Source: Felis catus (lineage: Eukaryota). Taken from it: a stretch of DNA of 64,000 bases. Both the position numbers and the translations under genes were made by a program. The stretch spans positions 154,506,001 through 154,570,000 of the forward strand of contig NC_058368.1 of the NCBI RefSeq assembly GCF_018350175.1. Reading direction: 5' to 3'. This document shows positions 52,309 to 64,000 of the stretch, piece by piece. Below the pieces are notes generated by a model. It saw only the letters and a program-made list of their open reading frames with translations, did not search any database and was not told the origin of the DNA. Positions within the stretch are counted from its first letter, which is position 1, and each line of letters starts with the position of its first letter.

Positions 52309-54426
52309 TCCATCATTCAGCTTTAAGTGCTGGTTTTTAGTTCCCCAAGAGCTACAGGACTGATACTTGACCACCTGACTAGGGCCACTTGGGGACTGGG
52401 CACTGGGGGGCAGCAGGCCTCCAAAAAGAGCCAAAGGTAGAGGAATCATGTTATCCACACTCTGGTGTAGATCGTAGCTTTTATAACTTGGAAAAAATGC
52501 TAAGTTATTATAAGTAGTACATGTTTTTCCTTTTATATGAAGAAAATGGCTTTGATGTGGAAGGGAGAGCAGGATCTCCCTACAAAGTCCGAGACTCTGA
52601 CAGATGACACAGTATGGGGAGAGTGGAAAATGCTCAGTATATTTAGAAAAACTGGGACCGAGTGCAAAGCTAACATACTCATTAAACAGATTTACCAGGT
52701 GGCTGCAAGTTTCTCATTTTAGGGTGAGAGAGCCAAGGGAGCAAAGATACCATGAATACATACTAATTTATAGGTATTTCCAATGCAAAGATTAAAAAGT
52801 GTTTTGTGTTTTATAACAAAATCTCATAAATCCATCTGTGGAAAAAAGAACTACTTATCAAATCAATTTTATGAAAAAAAAAAGTACATAACGTTAAAAA
52901 TAACCTAAGTTTGACCACACTTGAACATTTAAAGATAAAAACTCAGTATTTCTAATGATAACATCAAGAAAGTCACTCATGTTGTGTGTGTCATTGTGAA
53001 CAAGGAAGAAGCTATTTTTTTCTCATTTTAATTTGCTGGTCTGCATGCTAAACTTGTTTTATGTTTGTAAATTAGATCCAATCTAAACGTATATGTGAGA
53101 TTGGAATTTGGCAGCCTTCACACTTCTGTGTATGTTATACATATGAGGTTTGTTATGTACAATATAAACTTGTTGCTTAAACTTCCTTATTTTTTTTTAT
53201 TAACTTCCTGTTTGCAGACTGGTGGGAAAAATTATTATCCTGGTAGGTGTTTGAACAGCTTGAGATCAGTTGACCTGGGAACCATTTTTCTATGATTTAA
53301 GTGCTTGGCTGAAGTTTAAACGCTGAAGAAGTTTGGTAACTAACATCCTTTTTAGGCTTCCGTTTTTACCGCTTTTTTTTTTTCAAAAGTGGTAATCTAA
53401 CCAGGATTTTAAAGGTCTATATTATTTTTCAAACACAGTGATTTTTTAAATGGAACTTTAATTTACATGGGCATTTGCACTAACAGTCTAGTGACTCTAT
53501 AAACTACAATTAAAAAGCAGTGCAATAATTTTACAGTGCTAGCTCAAGTCTTCATTTCCTAAATTCTAAGTATAGAGTATCCATCGCTGCATCAAGAGTA
53601 ATAATTTTAAGGAGAAATAAGTATATTGAGGGCAAGTTATAAGGCTTAAGATTTTTAATACGAGGATTCAAATTGTCATTTTTCCCTCACAGAGTAGAAT
53701 CGTCATAAGTGAAAATAAGTGTCTCTTTATTCTATTTTGAGTCATCTCTTAAAAGTACATATGATGAGCAAAGGTTGTACAGTTATAAATATATATTTAA
53801 GGTGTAATGGTGCACAACCATCACTGTAACAGTAAGTAAGGCCATGCCACAGAAATGAAGAAAACATACTTCAACACGTTGAGAAAGGTATTTCCAAAGC
53901 CTGGCCCATTAGGTTGAGACCAGAGGTTTCCAGATATATGCCCACATTTGCATGAAAATAATTATTTTACATTCCTGCGGCGACTTGCTACATACTTGAC
54001 AATGGATGGTAGCACAGGCTCTGAGAGAAATGGGGGAAAAAAATGAGCTGCCAGATTATGTGAAGTCAAACCAGGTGGAGAACGGAGACCAGATCTTTGC
54101 TAAGGATCTACGTAGCTAGTCTGTGTTTTCATCAGCCATCTGCTGACTCAAGGACCCCCAGGATATGGGGGAAACAAAGTCCTTTGGGGAAAAAGTGGCT
54201 ATACTGTTCCTTTAAGCTGCAAAAATCTTTCACACTTGGAGTGTGCCTTTTCTACTGGTCCTGTAACCGTTTTAGGAACGTTTATTACCTGTTAATTAAG
54301 ATTAGAGTACTAAATAGAATGCCAACATAATTATTTTGCTGAAGTCTCCCGGACTCACACTACTATGCACACATTCATTTTCTTGAGTACTTTTGCTTCC
54401 CAGGAGGGTCAGTGCATGAGCTTCAA

Positions 54427-54744
54427 CAGGGGTCAGCAAACTATCTCTGTAACGGACAAGACAGTAAATATTTTAGGCTTCGTGGGCCATACGGTCTCCG
54501 TCACAGCTACTCAACTCTCCCATTGTGGTGTGAAAGCAGCCCTAGACGATACATAAACAAATGAGAGCGTCTATGTTCCAATAAAACCGTAACTATAGAC
54601 ACTGAAATTTGAATTGTATATAATTTTTACATTTCACAAAATATTCCTGTTTTTCTTTAGCCACTTAAAAAGATAAAAATGATTCTTAGCTCGTGGGCTG
54701 TACAAAAACAGGTGGCAGGCTGGATGTGGCCCATCCGTGAGTAG
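54427..54744 (+). mobile_element. MER58B-like hAT-Charlie DNA transposon
   Basis: TIR start caggggtcagcaaact; 'gtaaatattttaggcttcgtgggccatacggtctccgtcacagctactcaactc'; 'gtacaaaaacaggtggcaggctggatgtggccc'. Right TIR eroded. Confidence 0.9.
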
Positions 54745-54992
54745 AACACAAAAGTATACAGAGACGAAAAGTAAGAAAAATATTTCTTAACACAAGCTTC
54801 TATTTTTTTATTAGGTATTTAGTTCCATTTGGATTTGTTTTGCTAATTAACTCTTAACATGTGTCATAATCCTAGTTTAAACCACAGTGCATGAGAATCT
54901 CAATTTATGCAAACAGTACTGAGCTGCAATGTAAAGATATGAAATTCACCTGAAAAACTCAAGTTCTAACTACTAGACTAATCCATTTTTTT

Positions 54993-55192
54993 TAATTTTT
55001 AATTTTTTTTATTTGATAAAGAGAGAGAATGTGTGTGAAAGAGGGAGAGGGGAAGAGGGAGAGACAGAAACTTAAGCAGGTTCCACACTCAGTGCCTAGC
55101 CCCATTCAGGGCTCGATCCCACAACCCGGTGATTGGGACCAGGGCCAAAATCAAGAGCTGATGCTCAATAGACTGAGCCACCCAGATGCTCC
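54993..55192 (-). mobile_element. Older CAN-SINE
   Basis: Reverse SINE; degenerate TSD aatccatttttt / aacccattattt. Confidence 0.88.
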
Positions 55193-56339
55193 ACAACCCA
55201 TTATTTTAAATTGTTGCCACTGCTGTGTTTATATATTTGACAGAGCATAAAATACTGCTCGTGTCCTTTATGTTAAGGTGAAATGAATATTTACTAATAT
55301 TGCCTTGAATTAGAAGAAACCTGTTCCCTCAGCCACCAATGAGTAGTAGAATTTTACAAGGGTGAATGTTTGATTATGTGGCCAATGGTCTCACTGGTTG
55401 AGATTTTCCATTGAGCCTTCTGCACTATCTTTTCCATCAAAGATTGTTATTCTACATTTACATTTTATATTGTTCTTTCTATCTTAGCTCTGCTTCCTGA
55501 TACCCTATTAAAATATAGAAATTACAGCCCTTGCTGGAAACAAAGGGAGGAGATGGTGTCAAGACAATGAAGCCAGGAAGCTGCTTCTGTGTATATGATG
55601 TTTGTTGAATAAATCAAATGTAAGTTGTCAGGAACTGTATTCTTGCTCTAAGTGTTTCTAGTAATTGCACCATTTCCAGCTATACCCTCATTGAAAGAGA
55701 GAGAGCAAAATAGGGAGAGAGAGGGAGAGAGATCGAATAATCTACAGTCATCAGACCTTTTCATTTATTTAGTTTTTAATGTTTTTAACTTTGCTTGCAA
55801 ACTAAAAGCAAGGTGTGCCACTACCTTTCAAGGCTTAGATAATCATATATTCCCTCTCAGTGTCCCTTCTTCTCAGTTCTGGCATATATACATTCCCAAG
55901 GATTGTTCTTAAGTCAGCAAACTATAATTTCAGATTGACTTTAAACCAGCCCAACACCTCACATCGTAATGATCTCTGTAATAACCATCTGCGATTTTGT
56001 ATTTGGACCTTACTTCTCTGGGGATTTCCCTCTTCCCCAGAAATGTCATTCTTGTGGCTCTTTGTGTCTTCATCAAAACTTTGTCATGTGAGCACTGAGT
56101 GCACTACCTGGGATACAGGAAGGGCTCTATAATTATTATCTTAAAATTCTGCTTATCTGTCTAGCCATTCTGTTAAGTACATGTGAATATGTCATTTAAG
56201 CCAATATTGGCTTAATGCATACTTTTGTAAGATATATAGTACAAAAGAGGGACCGATATGTGCATTTCAATTCCAACAACAAAGATATTGGAAACGTTTT
56301 TAAGATGATTAAGTTTTTTAAAACTGTAATTCAGTAAGT

Positions 56340-56617
56340 TACCTATGGCCTATCTATATGCAGGCACTGCATTTATACATCATTGAATAAATATCCATTT
56401 TATATAATGATTGCAACACTTTAAAACCTAATATCCTCTTGAATACACAGTTCTCACAATGACTTTATGATGTCGTTCATAATGCCTATTTCATACAGAA
56501 AGGAAACCAAGTCACAGATCTATTAATTTTCCCAAGATCACAAAGTTAGTAAGTGGTGATGCCAAGATAGTAACATAGGCAATCTGATTCCAGGGTCAAC
56601 GTACAAAACCAGCACAA
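56340..56617 (-). mobile_element. MIR
   Basis: 'tttcatacagaaaggaaaccaagtcacaga..ttcccaagatcacaaagttagtaagtggtgatgccaaga..ggcaatctgattccag'. Confidence 0.75.
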
Positions 56618-56784
56618 GTCCCCTATGATAGGAATGCTTTAATTTACGTAATATGAAAACTTATACAAATTAAAATTAAAATTTCACATCAAACACCTAC
56701 ATATTAAAAACAAAACCAAAAACTTAGTTTTCTTCTGAATTTCTTAATTGAGCACAGAATACAGTATTAGGATATTATGAAATA

Positions 56785-56910
56785 ATTCAGACATAAACTA
56801 TTTCTCAAATACTTCTTATAATACAGGGTTGGTCCAGACACTTTAGACACATTAATGAACAAAATAGACCAGGATCCCTGTTACCAAGGAGCTTACAGTC
56901 TAATGGGTAA
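56785..56910 (-). mobile_element. LINE-2 3' end
   Basis: 'atgaacaaaatagaccaggatccctgttaccaaggagcttacagtctaatggg'. Confidence 0.7.
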
Positions 56911-57671
56911 AGTTTTCTTTAAATTATCTGCCTGAGGTTTGACAACTTTTTAAGAATTTATAGTAAACATAACAAATATACAAGCATAGTCATTTAACTA
57001 AAATGTTTTGACATCCAAATTTTGAAACAAATGAGCCTCTGTTTTAATGTCCATCATGGTATCTTCTGGTGATGCTTTCCTACCTCATTTTTTTTTAAGT
57101 AACAGCTGCTAACCATTACACTTTGTCACCAACTAAGGGGCCTCAGGCAACTGCCTGTTCAACCCCAGCCAGTTTTCTTACCATGATCATTTGACTTAGT
57201 TTTCGCTGAAAGAAGTAAGACCTATCCCTGGGAAAGTAGATGGAAAATAATTATTTCCATTGCTAGCCCTTCTTGGAAGTCCTAAAGTTAACATTCGTTT
57301 CACTCCTATAATTATTTTATTTCATCACTTTCAAAGTGGACTACAGTGTGAAAAGAACAATTTCTCTTTACTCACATTTTGATACCTTTAAGGATTCCTT
57401 GAACTAAAAAATATTCATAAATAGAACAAAGTTAACATTTAAAGGAGTGTTTCAAGATACAGAAAATGTATTCTTTAGAGTAACTCATATAATCCCTAAT
57501 AGTTCATATGAAATAAAAAGATGAACAATCCCAAAAAGCTCACAAATTTGAATTTAAAGAAAAACTTTAAACCAATCTACACCAGAAAAGAAACAGAAGT
57601 CAATATTAAGATAGTCTAAGTCTAATTTAGAATACACTGTGAGGTACAGGGGCCAATATGCCGAAGGAGTC

Positions 57672-57845
57672 AGTATGTCACATGAAGAAAAGTACTGGCT
57701 TTGAAATCCAACAGACTTTGAATTTTACGTCTGCAACACTCCAACTAGGAGGTCTGGCTTCTGAGGCTTAGTTTCATTAAAGAGAAGAGGGATAACGATA
57801 TAGTACTGAGCACATACGAGTATTTACGATAGATACTATAATTGT
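57672..57845 (+). mobile_element. MIR relic
   Basis: 'agtactggctttgaaatccaacagactttgaattt..tctgaggcttagtttc..ggggataacgata'. Confidence 0.55.
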
Positions 57846-58308
57846 TAATCCTAAGAATGCTGGATTTAAGAAAGATAAAACTCTATAAATACACAGAAAT
57901 GCTCATCCAAGAATTGTATTTTATGTAGTTAAGCAATCTGACCCAGAGGAACAAATGGAGATAATAAGCAGATTCAAACTATGGAACGATTTCTGAATAT
58001 ATGCCAAGAAGGGAATCATAATAGTAGTCTTGTAATACCCAAATTTGGGTCAAGTACCATTTAGCATTATTTTACATAGGTTCTTGTGGGTATTCCTCAA
58101 AATAAAATTGAGTCACATAACTAGTGATCAGGTGAAAAGACCATGTGCCTTCTCTTGTACCTTGATGTGGAGCTGTTAACAGAGAATAATAGGAAATGCA
58201 TTACAGAATAGTCAACGGGGTGCAAAAAAAATTTATTTTGGAGAAAAGCAGTTATTACAGTTTTAACTGATTAAGAAAAAAAATGTTTATTTTCAACTGT
58301 ATGTTTCT

Positions 58309-58471
58309 GTTTTTTTAAGTTTATGGTGGATGGGCAGAGACAGAGGGAAAGAGAGACTCCCAAGCAGGCTCTGCGCTGTCAGCACAGAACCTGATGCAGG
58401 GCTTGAACTCACGAACCATGAGATCATGACCTAGGCTGAATGCTTAACTGACTGAGCCACCCAGGCGCCCC
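58309..58471 (-). mobile_element. CAN-SINE with small internal deletion
   Basis: Reverse SINE; degenerate 16-bp TSD at 58293-58308 and 58472-58487. Confidence 0.92.
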
Positions 58472-59347
58472 TCAATTTTGTGTTTCTAATAGGATGAAGG
58501 CTGGTCTAATACACAAGTACCTTGAATGGCCCTCGTTTTTTAATGTAAGGGGAGAGTATATGCAGATTGTAATTTCCTTGCAGCCCACTTTCACATATTT
58601 TTTCTTCATAACAAGGCTTATGCATAAAAAGTAATATAAAATCAATATAATCCTTGAAAACTCAAATTTTAATGGATCTGTAGGAAACATCTTCTGTCAG
58701 AGCACTGCTCATCAAATATTGTTTATATTAATACAAGCCTTTGCTTTTGAAATTATCTGACAGCTACCATGTGTTTATGATATATAATATTTTAAATTTG
58801 GTTTTCTTTTTTAAGCATTACTTTGTGAAATTATGGAGAATGTGAGAGACTAAGAACATTGAGTTAAGAACACAATTCCACTTTTATTATACAGAATAAT
58901 CTCCTTAAAGCTTATATTAGAATTTTAAGAGGTAATTGTAATCCATATGTTCTGTCTACTTCCTAAGCATTAGGAAAACTGGCAAAGCATTGTGCTATTT
59001 TGTTTCTACAGATACATTCATTTTTTTTAACTTTGACATTTATAAACTATGGAAAAATTGCACTTCTGGGTGTACGCTTTTTTCTTGTACCAATTGGAAT
59101 TAACAGAGGCCATACGGAAATATTTTTTATTTTCTTTTGTCATAGGTTATGATTTATCTAGTTTTTGCATTATTAAAATTCTGTAATTCATCTTTTGCTT
59201 CTCAAAATATATACTCAAATCAAATAATAGTATTACTTTTAAAAAAATAATTACTAGCTTTAAAATTGTTTCAAATTTATGTGTTTTTGGGTGGTGGTTT
59301 AAAAGCCATGTTTCACATCTTTATAACACACAGCAACTGATTTTTTT

Positions 59348-59575
59348 TTTTTATTAAAAAAAAAAATTTTTTTAACATTTATTTATTTTTGGGACAGAGA
59401 GAGACAGAGCATGAACGGGGGAGGGGCAGAGAGAGAGGGAGACACAGAATCGGAAACAGCCTCCAGGCTCTGAGCCATCAGCCCAGAGCCCGATTCGGGG
59501 CTCGAACTCACGGACCGCGAGATCGTGACCTGGCTGATGTCGGACGCTTAACCGACTGCGCCACCCAGGCGCCCC
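59348..59575 (-). mobile_element. Young SINEC_Fc
   Basis: CpG-rich full copy; 16-bp TSD agcaactgattttttt at 59332-59347 and 59576-59591. Confidence 0.97.
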
Positions 59576-60591
59576 AGCAACTGATTTTTTTATTTTGTTG
59601 CATTAACTATTCACACGTTCTGGGTTCAAGGAGGAACCATAAAGGACAGGACTTAACTTCTGTGACAGTTTTGGAGTGAAAATAAGATTTTACACTTGCA
59701 TCCTGTCTCCATCAAGAAACACAACTTGAGATTTGTTGGAGGTAATTTCATAATTGTTTATGAAGTGAGACAATCAGGAATATTTAACTGTTTAGCATAC
59801 ATACATATGCAGTATATATATATAAATTCAGTGTGAGCATATATCCAGTTTTGCATTTAATAACATACTTAAGTGTAAAAAAAGAGGTCTGGTCACAGCT
59901 ATAAAAAATCTTAATAGTTAACAGTTCAAAAACACTCTGGGGGATTCCTAGTTTGGTTCATAATGTTAGTAGCAGAGGACATCTGACTCTCAACTTAAGC
60001 AGACATGGGAGAGAGCAAACAGAAGGTGGAGACACGTTCCAACATTCTCATTTTAAACCTTCAAAAGGCACCCCCCCATCAGAAGGGATTTGACAAAGTC
60101 TTGAATCTATGTATTTCTGAAATATTGTTTAGTTTCAATTTCTTTCTTCCTTAAACTCCTTTTTTTTTTTTTTTTTTTTTTTACTTAATGGAGCATAGGA
60201 TTTGGGAAGCACAGCATGATGCATGAAATGCCCTAAGGATGTTGTCTTTTTAAAAACAATCAGACTTGTGGTAAGACTGATAACAGAAGAAGTAAAACTT
60301 ATTTCTTCCACCAACAATAGAATTGTTCTTTTTCCTGTATTAAGAAATCAAGTAAGATTATTAAACATAGGGTAAGAATGATAATACCTATAGTCACTGT
60401 TAAAGATCAAGAGGGTCTTTGTCAGTAAATTAAAATTATCCATCGTGCAGTCCATAAGTATTATTGAAGAAGTAAAAACTTGTTCTGTATGTTCTAGATG
60501 CATATCTAATATATTAGAAAATGAAATTGATTACCTCAACTTTTTAAGACTATTCTAAACATGAGAGGAAATGTAGTTCCAAAATAATAGT

Positions 60592-60593
<2 letters not shown>

Positions 60594-60634
<41 letters not shown>
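60594..60634. repeat. (CA)n microsatellite
   Basis: About 20 perfect CA units. Confidence 0.97.
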
Positions 60635-60635
<1 letters not shown>

Positions 60636-62749
60636 GAATGAAAATATATTCTCCATAGTGACTGAGGAACAGACAGGTAATATGTACAAAGATATAACTT
60701 CTCTAATGTTGATATTCAAAAACAGCAACTAACAATAATAGAATTCCATGGACTGTTTTACTATATACATTATAATAACTGTACCAAAAACTAAAGCTGT
60801 ATTTAGGGTTAACAAAAGTATTCAAAATGTTTATAGGGCTTAAAATGTTTTTGCATGCCAGGAAAGAACCAAATGGAATAGTTTTATACTTAAGCTGTTT
60901 TCCCTTTCACATTTACGAGTATTATTTTAAATAAAATTCATTATTTAATAGGTGGCTATCAGACTATTTCAAAAAGCAAAATACTTTAGAATTGAGCATA
61001 TTCTTCTACCAGTATTTCCATAGACTGAATCTTCCTGATTTAATATTTCTGGAACTTCATTAATGCTGAAGTGGCCCTTCTTGGTAAACATATCACCACA
61101 GCAATGTAATGTATGTGTTCCATATCGTTTCCTGCATTATGTGTGTGGGTTGTGGTTGCTGCTTCAGTTCCCATGACGATTGGGGCAGGAAGTTGGGTAT
61201 AATTCCTGGCAGCATACTAGTTTACCCATTACATTAAAGAGCAGTTCATATTTCAAAACGTTTTTCTGAGATCATTACAAAAATAAAAAACAAATGGCAG
61301 GGTTATCAGCTCTCATTACCAACTGCCAAGTGAATGTTTTTTAAAAACACTAAAAATAGTCACAGGAAGCAGTAATTTCTGTGACAAATTGTTAGGCAGT
61401 TTACTTAGTGCGCTAAGTAATGTATTTTTGATCAAAGATAAACAGTTTAAAAAGTTACATTTGTGTTATTGGCGGGGGTGAGGGAACGTGGGTGGGGGTG
61501 GGAGTAGGAAATTGCTGTTCCCTGAAGGCTGATGTACCTTGTAAAACAATCTGTCTTCAAACCAAAATGAAAGAGAGCCAAAAACAGCTGAGTTACATGA
61601 CAGGACCCTGGAGATGCTGTTCATGACACAATTTGCTATAGCGGTTTGCAGATGTCTCATTTTGTGGGTCAGATTAGGCACAATTTTTGTTTCTTAAATT
61701 ATATGGCATCACTCTGGTTGTAAATTCTTTCCTGATTTCTGTCACCATGTCTACCTAAAAAGCACAATGTCTATTTCAAAAAAACTGATACGTTGCCCCC
61801 CTTGCTGTTTCAAAACTGTGACTGATGAAAAGAGCTTCTGCACTCTGGCTCTGAAACAAGTAAGGTACTTATTAGAAAATGGCCCTTTTATATGGTGCAT
61901 CCAACTATAACATCGAAAGGCTGGACTTGTAACTACTTTATAGAGAAAGTACCCAAGAGTACACGGTGAGCTGATCAGCAAAATGCCAACTCCAAGCTGC
62001 AATGAGGCAGTGATTTCAAATGACCCATTTTGGCACATTTTATTTTAAGGATTTAATCCTGTAGCACCTACATAGTCTTGGCTAAAGTTAATAAAACTTA
62101 TCTTATAAGCTCAAGAGTTCTGCTCACAAAACACTTTCTTCTAGATGTGTTCAAAAATTGAGGTTTTAGTTTTAACTGAGGTCGTATGCAGGCAATGAAG
62201 ACTAACAAGGGAAACTTCCTTTTTTTTTTTAATTTGGGTAAAAAGATATCATTATGCCTTAGGAAGTATTATATTTTTGTAATCATCTGCAATGCTCATT
62301 AGTCTTATTATATCTGAAGCACTTGTATTTGTTGAAATAGAAGCAGCTGAGATAAAAGAAATTTGAAAGTGAAATCATTACACATTTGAATCAGTGCCTT
62401 TTTCAAACTGGAAGCCTGCTCTATTACTCTTAATGAGCTGATGCCCCAAACACTGAAAATGGATTCATATTTCTTAACCTCTTTTGAATCTCAGTTTAAA
62501 GCCATGATGTGCTTTCAGAAGAAAAAAAGAAAAAAAAATGTTCCCTACACTCATTTTTAACGATCTTCTTCATCTTGGCCAACAATAGTTATTTTTCCAA
62601 ACTACTTGCCAATAATATTGAACCAGGTCTAAAAATGTGAAATGCACATTGGTTTCAATTCTAGAAGAAAATCTGTTTTTTAGTGTTTTATATATTTCCA
62701 GATTAAGTATATGTAATCTAACCCATAAACACCTGTTAGGCATAGGTGT

Positions 62750-63045
62750 TTAAAACTGAAAATACTGACATGTTCAAATTAAAAGTTACTATACTAAAAG
62801 CATATACAACTAAATACACTGCACACAAATGGATACAAGTGAAATTGGGAAAGCTCGATAAGACTACTGGATAAGTTATAGCAACATTATTATCCTGATT
62901 TGGTATGTTATAGTTTATCATTAGCAGGAAGTAGGTAAAGAGTATACAGGATCTCAACTATTTCTTTTAATTTGGGAAAAAGTGGGGATTAATTTGGGAA
63001 AATCACATGTGCATCTATAATTGTCTCAAAAATTTCACTAAAAAA
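62750..63045 (+). mobile_element. Old L1MC/MD-type 3' end
   Basis: 'ggtaaagagtatacaggatctc..catgtgcatctataattgtctcaaaaatt'. Confidence 0.65.
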
Positions 63046-64000
63046 TGAAATGGTTACATCATTATTATTTTATCTACCTACAGCTTCTAATTTTACGTAA
63101 GAGATAGACATAGTAGGTTGTTTTTTTTTTCCAAAAATGCTATAGACATTTTAATAGATAAAATATAAAACATACATCTTAATTTAATATGTTAGGTGTA
63201 CTTAGATAATGAAACTTTCTAAAATAATAAAATATAATCTTAATTTAGAAGGAAAGGGGGAGAGAGAGTTTTGAAAAAAGAAAATTTCCTAGATACATTT
63301 TTACTGCATGTAGTGAAATCATTGTTATAAACCACTGAAAGTTACATGTTGGTGCTGATTTTAAGATAATGCATTCCAGGTCTATATCCTATTTTGTAAA
63401 TCAAAAGAAATAAGGGACATGGAAATGCTTGCACTCTAGATCTAGAGTTGGAGGAAGGCATCACTCTTAATTAAGAAGTACTAAAGTCATACATAGTGCT
63501 GTGAGAAAAGCACAAGATCGGAAGAAATGAAAACATTCATGTTTTAATAGTTTCCTTTTGGCAACCTTAACACTGCTAATTTGTCTTTAATAAATTATGT
63601 CAAAGACTGTCACCTTACAGGGTCAACACACTCATTATTTAAACAATAACACTTTTGCAGTAATAATCTTGGATGTGTTTAGGACAGAACGCCTTTTGTG
63701 GAAGTTATAGTCTAATAAGCTCCACTCAGGTCCCCAGAGCATAGCGTATGCTTCACGGCTAGTTTCTGGAGTGAACAGGGCGATATCACTGAAGTTCCAG
63801 CTGCATTATGTTACACAGCAAACCCACTCCAGAAATGTCAGAATCACACAATCTATTTTGACTGATACAATTACAAGTAACATTAATTCATCTAATATGC
63901 TCATGTAAGCTATAGATCTAAAGAGAAGATTCAGAAGCCATATTATTTCCACGTGTTCTGTGTTTCATCACTAGATTATCGGCAAAATGATGATATGATA

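Noticed and set aside
60286..60481. Repeated gaagaagtaaaa(a)ctt
   Set aside because: Two imperfect low-complexity copies with no element features between them.

Overview
AT-rich, repeat-dense mammalian genomic DNA, most likely from a cat (felid): it carries many carnivore CAN-SINEs, including young SINEC_Fc-type copies with the (CT)n/poly-A tail, plus carnivore LINE-1s. I cannot support any host protein-coding gene. The longer entries in the ORF track are decayed L1 ORF1/ORF2 pieces, SINE readings or simple repeats. Main features: a full-length but inactivated L1 (8626-15677, perfect 15-bp TSD) inside ERVL remnants; an internally deleted L1 whose ORF1 start is fused in frame to ORF2; a three-tier L1>L1>SINE nest; 15 TSD-flanked SINEs; MER33 and MER58 DNA transposons; MaLR LTR, L2 and MIR relics; and a tailless tRNA-Gly(TCC) 5'-half copy. 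The best unexplained signal is a non-repeat, CpG-retaining segment (about 48760-49160) containing a well-formed minus-strand exon. Together with three more minus-strand exon-like units and a strong plus-strand bias of the L1s, it suggests an unidentified spliced minus-strand transcript, probably non-coding. That transcript is inference. Repeat subfamily names come from recalled consensus sequences, not from a search, and boundaries without TSDs are approximate.
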